A stretch of 61,882 bases of DNA, filler included. It is 6 parts of 6 records of this genome, joined end to end, with 100 filler letters (N's around TTAATTAATTAA, not from the genome) between each part and the next. Parts side by side here need not be neighbours in the genome. Positions count along the whole stretch, not along the records: positions 28,386 to 50,139 come from SRR2962707_3975; 5 more parts are not named here. The stretch is one strand, 5' to 3'. Under the pieces are notes generated by a model. It made no database searches. It saw only the letters and a list, made by a program, of their open reading frames with translations, and was not told the DNA's origin. Shown piece after piece: positions 35,007 to 43,250 of the stretch. Each line of letters opens with the position of its first letter. Within the stretch, counting starts at the first letter, position 1. Both the position numbers and the translations under genes were made by a program.

Positions 35007-36241
35007 ATCTTATCCCAGGTTGATTCCATTTCCTGACGCTTTACGTCTTCAGCGATTTTTACATACTTCTTGAATGACTCTTCCTTCTTATGGCCCGTGA
35101 TATTTCGGACCACCATTTCCTTCATTCCAAGGATCAATGAATTAGTGACGAATGTTTTCCTGGCTGTGTGACTGGTAATCAACTCATACTTGGGGTGAGT
35201 TGTCTCAACTTTATTTCCTCCGGAGAATCTCACTATTGAAATAGGTGTATTAATGCCAACCTTTTCACAGCACTCTTTGATGTATGAGTTGAATTTTTGA
35301 TTTGAGATTTTAGGTAGTGGAAAATGAATCGTGTCCCGGTATTTGTCCAGGATGGCATTGGCGTGTTTGTTCAGTGGGATTTTATTATTGACCTGGCCGG
35401 TTTTTACAATCGTTTTCACAATGTGGCCATCCTGGATGTGTGATTCGTTCAAGGAAATCACATCTGAAAATCGAAGACCTGTATAACAGGAAAAGCAATA
35501 GATGTCCCGGACATGCGATAGCCTCTTGGAGTCGAAATCATATTTGAAGAGTGCAGTAAGCTCATCGATAGTGAGGTAGATCACTTCTCGATCAACTTCT
35601 TCTACTTTGAATTTTTTGTATGCATTCGTGGAATGATATTCTCTTTCACGCGCCCAATTCATAAAGGCTTTGAGTACCCAGATTATTTTTAGAAAATAAT
35701 TATTGGCTATGTTCCTATTCTCATAAGCGTAGGTCCTTAGCTCTTCAAAAAATCTCAGATCTATCGATCCAAATGAAATCGAATACTTGGTTTCATTTTG
35801 AAAGGCTTTAAGGAAGTTCATCACGGTTGTGATCCCGGTCAATGTTCGCTTTGCTCGATAACCGGAAAGTGAACTAATGTATTCCTCAAATACGGTGAAG
35901 AAATTCCGACCAGTGAGTTCTATGCTCTCCGGATTTTCCAGCCTTGTAAGGATATACTCCTTCGTCAATGGGATCTCATACCTCAGTGAAACCTTGTTGA
36001 TTTTGTGAGCTGCTTCCTCCAAAGATTCCAGCTTACTATTGAATGACTCATGGATCCGTAGTGCATCGTCTTTCGCTGGCTTAACTTTTCCTTTCTTATC
36101 ATTCCAAAGTGCCTTACTTACTTTTACATTCTTGACAGCTTTTCGTATTCGCTGACCCTTATAGGTGAGAAGCATATAGACGGGACTTTGTCCGTTTTTG
36201 TCTACCTTTTGGGTGTTTAAATAGAAGCTTATATTGATCAT
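35003..36241 (-). CDS. Tyrosine integrase (Bacteroidota arm-binding/SAM/catalytic type)
   Basis: Catalytic set YTGLRFSD, KT, SHTARKTF, TGH and KKYV. N-terminal arm-binding-like SFYL...PVYMLLTYKGQR. Confidence 0.96.
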   Translation of the reverse strand: MINISFYLNTQKVDKNGQSPVYMLLTYKGQRIRKAVKNVKVSKALWNDKKGKVKPAKDDALRIHESFNSKLESLEEAAHKINKVSLRYEIPLTKEYILTRLENPESIELTGRNFFTVFEEYISSLSGYRAKRTLTGITTVMNFLKAFQNETKYSISFGSIDLRFFEELRTYAYENRNIANNYFLKIIWVLKAFMNWAREREYHSTNAYKKFKVEEVDREVIYLTIDELTALFKYDFDSKRLSHVRDIYCFSCYTGLRFSDVISLNESHIQDGHIVKTIVKTGQVNNKIPLNKHANAILDKYRDTIHFPLPKISNQKFNSYIKECCEKVGINTPISIVRFSGGNKVETTHPKYELITSHTARKTFVTNSLILGMKEMVVRNITGHKKEESFKKYVKIAEDVKRQEMESTWDKI

Positions 36242-36382
36242 ACGCAGGATTGCCAGGTGGCAAGAATGGTGTCAAAAAATTTATTCAAGTGGATTCAATT
36301 CCATTTAAATCCGCTTAAGGATTCAATAATAACCCAATTAGCGTAAGAAAAAGAAAGGTCAAGCGGGTTTAGAAAACGGCCT

Positions 36383-36400
36383 ACTCCGGCCTCAGGTACA
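36383..36400 (+). other. att site: 3' fragment of tRNA-Leu (T-loop end to acceptor)
   Basis: ACTCCGGCCTCAGGTACA reads as T-loop end, T-stem, acceptor strand and discriminator A. It lies next to the integrase and is followed by a terminator. Confidence 0.7.
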
Positions 36401-36401
36401 T

Positions 36402-36434
36402 AAGCCCTTCCTTTTTTAAGGAAGGGTTTTTTTT
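36402..36434 (+). terminator. Intrinsic terminator after the tRNA fragment
   Basis: AAGCCCTTCCTT-tttt-AAGGAAGGGTTT followed by a T run. Confidence 0.85.
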
Positions 36435-36511
36435 ATTGTGTCCCGCAAGGAGCGCCGTTTCGACCGAACCGTTCGGACCACCGAATCGCCAGACCTCAGG
36501 CCTCAGGAACA
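36435..36511 (+). pseudogene. Degenerate 3' half of tRNA-Leu interrupted at the T-loop
   Basis: ATTGTG, then TCCCGCAAGGA (long variable arm), then GCGCCGTTTCGAC (T arm), a ~34-bp insert, and GGCCTCAGGAACA. Confidence 0.55.
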
Positions 36512-36540
36512 AAGCCTTCTTTTTAAGGAAGGCTTTTTTA
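36511..36540 (+). terminator. Second copy of the tRNA terminator
   Basis: AAAGCCTTCTT-ttt-AAGGAAGGCTTT followed by a T run; near-copy of 36402-36434. Confidence 0.8.
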
Positions 36541-36580
36541 TAGATTATATGTTGATTCGCTACTGTGTACTAGTTTCGGC

Positions 36581-37300
36581 TCAACTCCCATACATCAACA
36601 TGTATTCTCTGAAGCTGTCTTCCGGTCCGATTTTGAGCTTCTTCTTCAACCTGTTCACTTTGCTTTTTACAGAACCCAAGGTCAAATGAGTGACGCAGGC
36701 AATCTCTTTATTAGACATTCCGATTTTCACATACGCACTCAGTTTCAGGTCTTCGATGGTCAGTTCAGGGTTCTCTCTTTTCAGGTTTTCGAAAAAATTT
36801 GGATGAACATTGTCAAATCGGTGAATAAAGCTATCCCAACTCTCATCTAGCGAAAAGATACTTGCAATGGTTTTTCGCATCTCACGAAGACTCTTTTTCA
36901 AGTCGTCCTGCATCCTCGATTCGATGAAACTGATCTTTTGCTCCAGATCCTTGAGGATGGAGTTTTTTTCGTGTGTAGCCATGGCCATGGTAGCCATCGC
37001 ACGTTCTTTCTGTGCAATAAGATCTTCAAATGATTTTCTTTCCTCAGACAATCTGTTGGTTTCAATCACCAGCTTTCTGTAAGCGTTGGCCTTTTGAAGT
37101 GCGACGATGCAGAACCCCAAAATCAGACTCAATGCACCTATCAAGAGCCAATGGTCATTTTGCTGTGGTTGTACGTAAGCCTGCGGTTTAGCGAAGGCCA
37201 AATGGACGAATATGGATAGGATCACAAGGATTGATACGCGAATCGTGATGTTGTGCTTGTTCATATCTAAGGTCTTTGGTTTAGCTGTTAATCGATTCAT
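36581..37300 (-). CDS. Membrane-anchored LuxR-type HTH regulator
   Basis: Signal/TM segments and a coiled coil, then WDSFIHRFDNVHPNFFENLK...LTIEDLKLSAYVKIGMSNKEIA...SVKSKVNRLKKKL. The start may be 37264. Confidence 0.85.
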   Translation of the reverse strand: MNRLTAKPKTLDMNKHNITIRVSILVILSIFVHLAFAKPQAYVQPQQNDHWLLIGALSLILGFCIVALQKANAYRKLVIETNRLSEERKSFEDLIAQKERAMATMAMATHEKNSILKDLEQKISFIESRMQDDLKKSLREMRKTIASIFSLDESWDSFIHRFDNVHPNFFENLKRENPELTIEDLKLSAYVKIGMSNKEIACVTHLTLGSVKSKVNRLKKKLKIGPEDSFREYMLMYGS

Positions 37301-37352
37301 TATCGATTGAATGACCTTAGGACGGGGAGGTTAGAAAAAACCCCCAGTCGGT

Positions 37353-38555
37353 TTATTTCATTCTGAACAAAATGATCAAGGAAGAAAGAATGGTAAGTCC
37401 GCCAATCAGGTAGATGGAGGCGTTTAACCCAAGAGTATCTGCGACCAGACCTGTGAGGAGGGCACCAATGGCATAACCCAGATCACGCCATAAGCGAAAT
37501 ACACCAATGGATTGGGCTCTCTGCTCGGGGTGAGTATGATCCGCTATGGCAGCCAGGAAGGTTGGATAAACGATGGCTGTTCCGACTCCCAGAGTAATCC
37601 CAATCAGGGCAAATCCTGTGAATGAGGAGGTAAATACCATGAAAACAATGACAATACCCTGAAGGAACATTCCCAGAAACAGCATGGTTTTTTTGCGATA
37701 GATATCAGCAAGTTTTCCTGTGACTAGTTGCCCCAATCCCCAGACGATGGGATAAATGGCAACTAATTTCCCAATGTCTTCCAGGCTAAATGCTTTGCTG
37801 GCTAGCAAGACAGGTAAGAGTCCCCAAATCATACCATCATTGAGGTTGTTGACAAGTCCGGCTTGTGAGATTGATCCCAGATTGGGGTTCATCCAGGAGG
37901 TTTCCAGAAAGATATTCTTCAGCTTTTGAATTTTGCTGGATTTCGTTTCAGCATGCACATGATGAATGGTGTCTTTTACAAAGAACAGACTTAGCAAAAG
38001 TCCAATAACTGCAAAACCTATTCCTAGATAGAATGGGTAGGGACGGAGACCGTACTCCGAAGCGATCCATCCGGTCAAGAATGCCACAAGTCCTACTGCC
38101 AGATAACCGGCAGATTCATTAAGGCCCATCGCCAATCCTCTATCTTTCTGACCTACAAGATCGATCTTCATCACGACCGTATTTGACCAGGTGAGTCCCT
38201 GGTTAATTCCCAAGAGAATATTAGCAGCAATAATCCAATTCCAACTACCAGCATAGATGAGAATGAGAGGGACGGGGAGGCCGATCAACCAGCCAATCAC
38301 CAGCAAGTTTTTACGTCCTACTCGATTGGCCAATGCACCTGTGTAGTAGTTGGTGATGGCTTTTGAAATACCAAAAACGACGATAAAAGAAAGGATGGCC
38401 GTTTTAGCTGCAATGGCAAAATCAGCCTCAGCAATTTCAGGAAGAATGGTCCGTTCCAGCCCAACCATACCACCTACAAATCCATTAATAAGGACAAGCA
38501 GGAAAAATTGTTTCCAGTTATGCTTGAGGCCTGGTTGGATGGTTGATTCGGTCAT
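37353..38555 (-). CDS. MFS transporter
   Basis: 400 aa with ~12 hydrophobic segments and motif A variants GALANRVGRK and GKLADIYRKK. Confidence 0.93.
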   Translation of the reverse strand: MTESTIQPGLKHNWKQFFLLVLINGFVGGMVGLERTILPEIAEADFAIAAKTAILSFIVVFGISKAITNYYTGALANRVGRKNLLVIGWLIGLPVPLILIYAGSWNWIIAANILLGINQGLTWSNTVVMKIDLVGQKDRGLAMGLNESAGYLAVGLVAFLTGWIASEYGLRPYPFYLGIGFAVIGLLLSLFFVKDTIHHVHAETKSSKIQKLKNIFLETSWMNPNLGSISQAGLVNNLNDGMIWGLLPVLLASKAFSLEDIGKLVAIYPIVWGLGQLVTGKLADIYRKKTMLFLGMFLQGIVIVFMVFTSSFTGFALIGITLGVGTAIVYPTFLAAIADHTHPEQRAQSIGVFRLWRDLGYAIGALLTGLVADTLGLNASIYLIGGLTILSSLIILFRMK

Positions 38556-38585
38556 ATGCTAAGTTGCGTAAAGCCGAAGGTAACA

Positions 38586-38736
38586 AAAAAGCCCCTGCAC
38601 TTTTGCAGGGGCCATCATCAAGGTATCCAGCCTAATTGTAGCTGAATATTCGGGTTGTACCAGTTTCACTTTCTGGTGAAATACATGGTCAACGCTAAGA
38701 TCAATGTCAGGCCGAGGCTTCCTAAGAGCAATGCAT
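38586..38736 (-). pseudogene. Relic duplicate of the creD 3' end plus terminator
   Basis: ~150-bp direct repeat of 39244-39393. It translates to ALLLGSLGLTLILALTMYFTRK*NWYN, compared with the intact ...TRKVNWYN. Confidence 0.9.
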
Positions 38737-38739
38737 TGT

Positions 38740-39171
38740 TCATTGAACATTTAAGTTTTTTGCAAGAAAGTCGGTAAATCCTCGAAGTTTTCTTATTGTG
38801 AATTTTCGAAAAGCAACAGAGGAAAGAATTCCAATTCCAAGCAAATCGAATAACATATCAACCAGATCGAAAGTCCGTGTATTAAATGAAAGCTGTGTGA
38901 ACTCTTCGATGATTGCAAAAGCGAAAACAAGAACAGAGCCCAAATGAAAACTTCTTATGCGTATACTTATTTGCCTAAACCCGAGAGCGATATTCAGCAG
39001 TAGCGCTAAAATGCCATAAAGTATGAAATGACCAATTTTGTCCCCCCATGGAACAGCGCGTCCAATTTCCATAATCAGGTTTGATTGATCCATATCGGCT
39101 TGGATCACCATCCAGATGATGAAAGTAAAGAAGACGATGCTGGGAGTAAATTTTGAGTGTTTGTTAATCAT
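38740..39171 (-). CDS. VanZ-like family membrane protein
   Basis: DKIGHFILYGILALL...AIIEEFTQL...RTFDLVDMLFDLLG. Confidence 0.88.
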   Translation of the reverse strand: MINKHSKFTPSIVFFTFIIWMVIQADMDQSNLIMEIGRAVPWGDKIGHFILYGILALLLNIALGFRQISIRIRSFHLGSVLVFAFAIIEEFTQLSFNTRTFDLVDMLFDLLGIGILSSVAFRKFTIRKLRGFTDFLAKNLNVQ

Positions 39172-39243
39172 AGTTTTTTACATTGAAATTTTGAGAGATG
39201 ATAGATTATTTTCTTGGGTCACGGTTTAGAGAAATAGTATATG

Positions 39244-39271
39244 AAAAAGCCCCTGCACTTTTGCAGAGGCC
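39244..39271 (-). terminator. creD terminator (second copy at 38585-38613)
   Basis: GCCCCTGCA-cttt-TGCAGAGGC hairpin with a T tail on the minus strand. Confidence 0.8.
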
Positions 39272-39289
39272 ATCATCAAGGTATCCAGC

Positions 39290-40627
39290 CTATTGCGGCT
39301 GAATGTTCAGGTTGTACCAGTTCACTTTTCTGGTGAAATACATAGTCAATGCTAAGATCAATGTCAAACCAAGACTACCTAACAACAGGGCATAGTCGGC
39401 CATCTGGATAGTCACAAAGAGGAATCCATAAATACTTGTCAGGGTGGCCACCAAAAGGATGGTCAATTTTTTCTTTTTGAAAACACTCAAAGAATACAAG
39501 CTTATCATTGTGACCACACTCAAGGCAGAAATACCATAAGCAAAATTGAAGTTGGAGTGTTCAGAAATGGAAACCAATAGTGTATAGAACAAGCATAATC
39601 CAAGTCCAACAAGTGCATATTGGAAAGGGTGAATCTTACGTTTGTTTAGAATTTCAACAAGGAAGAAGACAAGGAAGGTGAGCGCAATGGTCATTACCGC
39701 ATACTTGGCTGAGCGCATGGACTTTTGATAATCATCCAAGGGTAAGATCAGACTGACACCAAAGGAAGAATTGCGTAAATGAATTTCGTTTTTGGATCCA
39801 ACCCAGGATTGAGGGTAGTTGCGGTTTAATTCTAATACTTTCCATTTTGCATTGAATCCCTCCTGTGTGACCTCTCGGGTATCTGGTAGAAAATTGCCGT
39901 CGAAACTGGGTGCGTTCCACGGAGAAGTAATAGACACATTGGTAGTACTGCCAATTGGGATAAATGACATGTTTTGACTACCCTGAAGTTCCAATTTCAA
40001 ATCAAATGTGAGCTTTTTGGCATTAGATTCTACATTAGGAACTAAGACCGTGATACCTGACTCAATAAGATCTTTGATCTTTGATCCTGGCTCAACTTTA
40101 AGGTTTTGATCATTCCACTTCACTAGTATGTTGTTCTGGATTCCTCGCAAATCAGAGATACCTATCGTCAGAAACGCCTGATCAAATCGAATTTCTTTCA
40201 ATGATGATTGATCTTCAAGAGCCATCATGTTAAAATCTCCGGAGATAGCCAGTTCAGAGTCATAAACCACAACTTCGTAAATGCCACGCTTCAACGTCTT
40301 GGGCTCAATGGTACTTTGAATATCAAGTTTGTTAGGAAGTATGTGCCAGTATTTTGTCGCCGTATAGGTCTTCTCTTCGTTCTGATATTCGTAAATGAGT
40401 GGGATGGACAAGACCGGACCATTTATTTCCTGTCGATCAGCCCATTTCGAACTTACTTCCATGGTTGCCATGTTGTTCAGACTTTCTCGTTCATGAATGA
40501 TGGACTCCACCATTGAGGTTGGGATCAGGAGCAATAGCATAAGAATGGTGACCGTGATCAATTTTAATGTGACCGAATTTTTTATCCATTGGTTTACTCG
40601 TTCAATAGGTGCTTTTTCTGTTTCCAT
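39290..40627 (-). CDS. creD: Inner membrane protein CreD
   Basis: KRGIYEVVVY, IGISDLRGI, WNAPSFDGNFLP, DYQKSMRSAKYA, IHPFQYALVG, LLVSISEH and DYALLLGS. Confidence 0.95.
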   Translation of the reverse strand: METEKAPIERVNQWIKNSVTLKLITVTILMLLLLIPTSMVESIIHERESLNNMATMEVSSKWADRQEINGPVLSIPLIYEYQNEEKTYTATKYWHILPNKLDIQSTIEPKTLKRGIYEVVVYDSELAISGDFNMMALEDQSSLKEIRFDQAFLTIGISDLRGIQNNILVKWNDQNLKVEPGSKIKDLIESGITVLVPNVESNAKKLTFDLKLELQGSQNMSFIPIGSTTNVSITSPWNAPSFDGNFLPDTREVTQEGFNAKWKVLELNRNYPQSWVGSKNEIHLRNSSFGVSLILPLDDYQKSMRSAKYAVMTIALTFLVFFLVEILNKRKIHPFQYALVGLGLCLFYTLLVSISEHSNFNFAYGISALSVVTMISLYSLSVFKKKKLTILLVATLTSIYGFLFVTIQMADYALLLGSLGLTLILALTMYFTRKVNWYNLNIQPQ

Positions 40628-40645
40628 ATTTAGTTATTTTAAAAG

Positions 40646-40664
40646 TACTTTGCATTTCAAAGCA
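40646..40664. promoter_or_regulatory. Palindromic operator upstream of creD
   Basis: TACTTTG-cattt-CAAAGCA; near-identical to 41593-41611. Confidence 0.75.
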
Positions 40665-40679
40665 AATAGTTAAAAAATT

Positions 40680-40970
40680 TTATTTCAATAGGTTTTCGAT
40701 GGCTTTAATGTGTTTGGTAAACGCTTCGATCCCAGCTTGGGTGGCCTCATAGCTCGTATTCGGTTTGCGGTCCAGGAATTCTTTTTTCACACGGACATAC
40801 TCACTCTTCTCTAGCGATTTCAGATGACTGGCCAGGTTTCCGTCGGTCACGTCCAGCAGGTCTTTGAGGGAATTGAAATCCAGACGGTCATTCACCACGA
40901 GTGCCGACATGATGCCCAGCCTGGTTTTATTCTCAAAGGCTTTATTTAAATCTTTAAGGATTTCCTTCAT
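40680..40970 (-). CDS. Winged-helix transcriptional regulator (HTH_34/MarR-ArsR-like)
   Basis: AFENKTRLGIMSAL...DFNSLKDLLDVTDGNLASHLKSLE...KEFLDRKPNTSY. Start placed at MKEIL. Confidence 0.92.
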   Translation of the reverse strand: MKEILKDLNKAFENKTRLGIMSALVVNDRLDFNSLKDLLDVTDGNLASHLKSLEKSEYVRVKKEFLDRKPNTSYEATQAGIEAFTKHIKAIENLLK

Positions 40971-41584
40971 CAGCCATCCTGCTTTTGAATGAGTAACCCG
41001 TAGATAACATGAAGAACCCCAAATCCGATAGCCCAAAAAATCAGTCCATAACCGATGTAATGCGTAGCGATTAAACCAAGGATGACTTCCATGATCCCTA
41101 GGCTCCTGATTTGCGATAGGGTGTATTTACTTGCATTGACTAGCGCTAAACCATAAAATATAAGTGTGAATGGTGCCACGAATCCAATATATCCTTTGAC
41201 CAGTAGCATCAAACATAAAATACCACCCGCTACGAGAGGAATTAAGAAGTTTGATAATAATAGTTTAGTGCCTCTGTCCCATAGCTTTTGATTCTTCTTC
41301 TTGGCTTTTTTGGTGGTAAAGTAGATGCCAAAAGCAAAAGAAAGTACAATAACACCAATAGCGATGCTAATTAGTTGAAGAACACTATCTAAATCGATGA
41401 TAGCTTTTCTGTAATCAACATAGGCTTGTTGGTAATACACCGTCTGGTAGGCGAGGTACGCTCCAATGAGCGCCAGCACACCTGCAGATACTCCGGCCAT
41501 GCCACTTAAGGAGATAAACCTGGAGGATTTATTCATCATGTCTTTGATGTCCTTCAGGTCTTCTAAGTATTTTTCTTTTGTCAT
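40970..41584 (-). CDS. Conserved Bacteroidota membrane protein
   Basis: LKDIKDMMNKSSRFISLSG...LIFYGLALVNASKYT...WAIGFGVLHVIYG, ~6 TM segments. Start placed at MTKEK. Confidence 0.85.
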   Translation of the reverse strand: MTKEKYLEDLKDIKDMMNKSSRFISLSGMAGVSAGVLALIGAYLAYQTVYYQQAYVDYRKAIIDLDSVLQLISIAIGVIVLSFAFGIYFTTKKAKKKNQKLWDRGTKLLLSNFLIPLVAGGILCLMLLVKGYIGFVAPFTLIFYGLALVNASKYTLSQIRSLGIMEVILGLIATHYIGYGLIFWAIGFGVLHVIYGLLIQKQDG

Positions 41585-41592
41585 TCTAAAAG

Positions 41593-41611
41593 TACTTTGT
41601 ATTTCAAAGTA
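41593..41611. promoter_or_regulatory. Palindromic operator upstream of the membrane protein/regulator operon
   Basis: Perfect TACTTTG-N5-CAAAGTA, 8 bp before the start codon. Confidence 0.78.
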
Positions 41612-41683
41612 AATAAAACGGGAACAGAATTCAAAAGGTTTTTTAGTATTGAAAAAATTCACTCAGAGGGAGAACAGGCAGAA

Positions 41684-42046
41684 TCAGTCGATTGGGAACG
41701 GCACGAAAACGAAGTTGGTAAACTGCTGATCAATGACGAACAAACAGCAGAATTCATCCGGATCTTTATAGTTCTCCTTGAAGATTTTCTCATCGGCTAT
41801 AAGTCCACGTTGTACAAACTCTTCCACAAATGATGCATAATAATTCCAATCATTCTCAGCTTGTCCAGTCTCCATCAATAGCTGCCCAATGGGTTGGTCA
41901 ATTTGACACATAGCAAAGACAGGATACTTCGAAAAATCGTTTTTACGAATCGCATAAGATGCTTCCCTTAAACTCTCAGAAACTTTTACGAAATCTGATG
42001 AAATCTTGCCAAGGTATTTAGGATCTAATTCCGGATCGTTTTGCAT
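41684..42046 (-). CDS. Hypothetical protein
   Basis: 120-aa ORF preceded by a Bacteroidota -7 promoter box. Confidence 0.8.
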   Translation of the reverse strand: MQNDPELDPKYLGKISSDFVKVSESLREASYAIRKNDFSKYPVFAMCQIDQPIGQLLMETGQAENDWNYYASFVEEFVQRGLIADEKIFKENYKDPDEFCCLFVIDQQFTNFVFVPFPID

Positions 42047-42050
42047 GGCA

Positions 42051-42058
42051 CAAAGTTA
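42051..42058 (-). promoter_or_regulatory. Bacteroidota primary-sigma -7 element
   Basis: TAACTTTG matches TAnnTTTG, 4 nt before the ATG. Confidence 0.65.
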
Positions 42059-42131
42059 GTCATTGACTCACTGGAAAGGCAAGTCATTGACCGTGGAGGT
42101 GATTAATTCCTTTGTCCAAAGTACCCTCCAT

Positions 42132-43118
42132 CTACATCAAAAAGCCATTGGCGGCTTTTACCGCTTCCGGAATATTTTCGTCATCGATCATTTCTCGCAT
42201 ATCAATTTCGATACCTTTCGAAATCGATGTGATTGGCACATCATTATAGGTTCCTTCAAAAGGGTTTTCAGAATAATCCCCGATTTTTTCCATCAAAAAG
42301 AAAATCCATGTGATGAGCCCACTCAGGAATGGACAGATCCAAAACATCCAGGATTCCCTTTGATTGAGCACATCCAAAAGACCAAATGGAACAAAGACGC
42401 AAAAAACAACGGTCATCCAAATAGCCACAGAAGCATACTGTCTAGGAAAAGGGAAATTTTTAATTCGCTCAGATTTGCCTTGATCTTCATAAAATGAACG
42501 AATCAAATGGTGAAATTCCATGTGTCTGAAATCCTCGAAATAGTCCTTGTCCCTTAGCTCCTGCAATCTTTTGGATTGCATCTTCATTATTTGAACAGCA
42601 GTGTTTGCTTTGCCTGAAATCTCCTTCAGTTCTTTCTCGGAGATGTATTTGATCAATTCCTCGTTAAGATCATGTGTATAGTCTTCGGATACTTCCGGAG
42701 CGTAGAGCCCCTTAATCCTGTTTTCGGTGTGTTCCCATTCCCTTCCAAGTCGTAACTGATGTCTTAGAGCTGTCATCCAGCTAATGTGTCGGTAGATTAA
42801 TTCTTTCTGAATATCCCTTTCATTTTCTCCCTGTACGAAGGAAACAACAGCCGCTCCAAACGTCCTGCTATTGTTGACAATGCTTCCCCAAATTTTTCGA
42901 GCCTCCCAGGTCCGATCATAGGAACTGTTGTTTTTAAATCCCAAATAGAAAGCAACCGCAATACCAATGATGCCAAGAGGACCCCAGGGAATAGTAAGGC
43001 TTAGCTCCATATAGTATGATATAGTGCAGACAACAAGGCCATAAATTAAGCCCAGAAAAAAGGGCCATTTGGACCAATAAAAGGTCATCCAGAATCCATA
43101 TCTCCTTTTTACGTACAT
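42132..43118 (-). CDS. Bestrophin family channel
   Basis: LGFKNNSSYDRTWEARKIWG, ERIKNFPFPRQY and ENPFEG. Confidence 0.92.
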   Translation of the reverse strand: MYVKRRYGFWMTFYWSKWPFFLGLIYGLVVCTISYYMELSLTIPWGPLGIIGIAVAFYLGFKNNSSYDRTWEARKIWGSIVNNSRTFGAAVVSFVQGENERDIQKELIYRHISWMTALRHQLRLGREWEHTENRIKGLYAPEVSEDYTHDLNEELIKYISEKELKEISGKANTAVQIMKMQSKRLQELRDKDYFEDFRHMEFHHLIRSFYEDQGKSERIKNFPFPRQYASVAIWMTVVFCVFVPFGLLDVLNQRESWMFWICPFLSGLITWIFFLMEKIGDYSENPFEGTYNDVPITSISKGIEIDMREMIDDENIPEAVKAANGFLM

Positions 43119-43196
43119 ATCAAGTCAAATCAGTTTTCTTACCCCCAAGATAATCGATCTAATAAGCACTATTGGCCAACAATAATTTTTTTAGAG

Positions 43197-43246
43197 ATTA
43201 CCTAAACAAATATTTAGTTAATGCGTATTACCTAAACAAATATTTA
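43197..43246. promoter_or_regulatory. Tandem 20-bp operator repeats upstream of padR
   Basis: ATTACCTAAACAAATATTTA at 43197-43216 and 43227-43246, with an internal CTAAA-N6-TTTA(G) dyad. Confidence 0.7.
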
Positions 43247-43250
43247 TCAA

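Larger units (their letters stand above)
28386..36400 (-). mobile_element. Integrative mobilizable element (Bacteroidota) at a tRNA-Leu 3' end; left boundary lies beyond the contig end
   Basis: Co-oriented integrase, Xis-like HTH, Rep-like protein, ParA and partner, MobC and relaxase. A tRNA 3' fragment at 36383-36400 sits next to the integrase. No T4SS genes are visible. Confidence 0.85.

Noticed and set aside
36383-36540. CRISPR array, intact tRNA gene, or the 83-aa ORF at 36438-36689
   Set aside because: There are only two degenerate copies and no cas genes. No tRNA 5' half is present, and the ORF crosses a terminator and overlaps the LuxR gene antisense.
38559-38750. 63-aa ORF MFNEQCIALRK...
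   Set aside because: It is an off-frame reading of the creD relic and its terminator.
38586-39393. Diversity-generating retroelement TR/VR pair
   Set aside because: The differences are mostly synonymous and not adenine-specific, and no reverse transcriptase is present.
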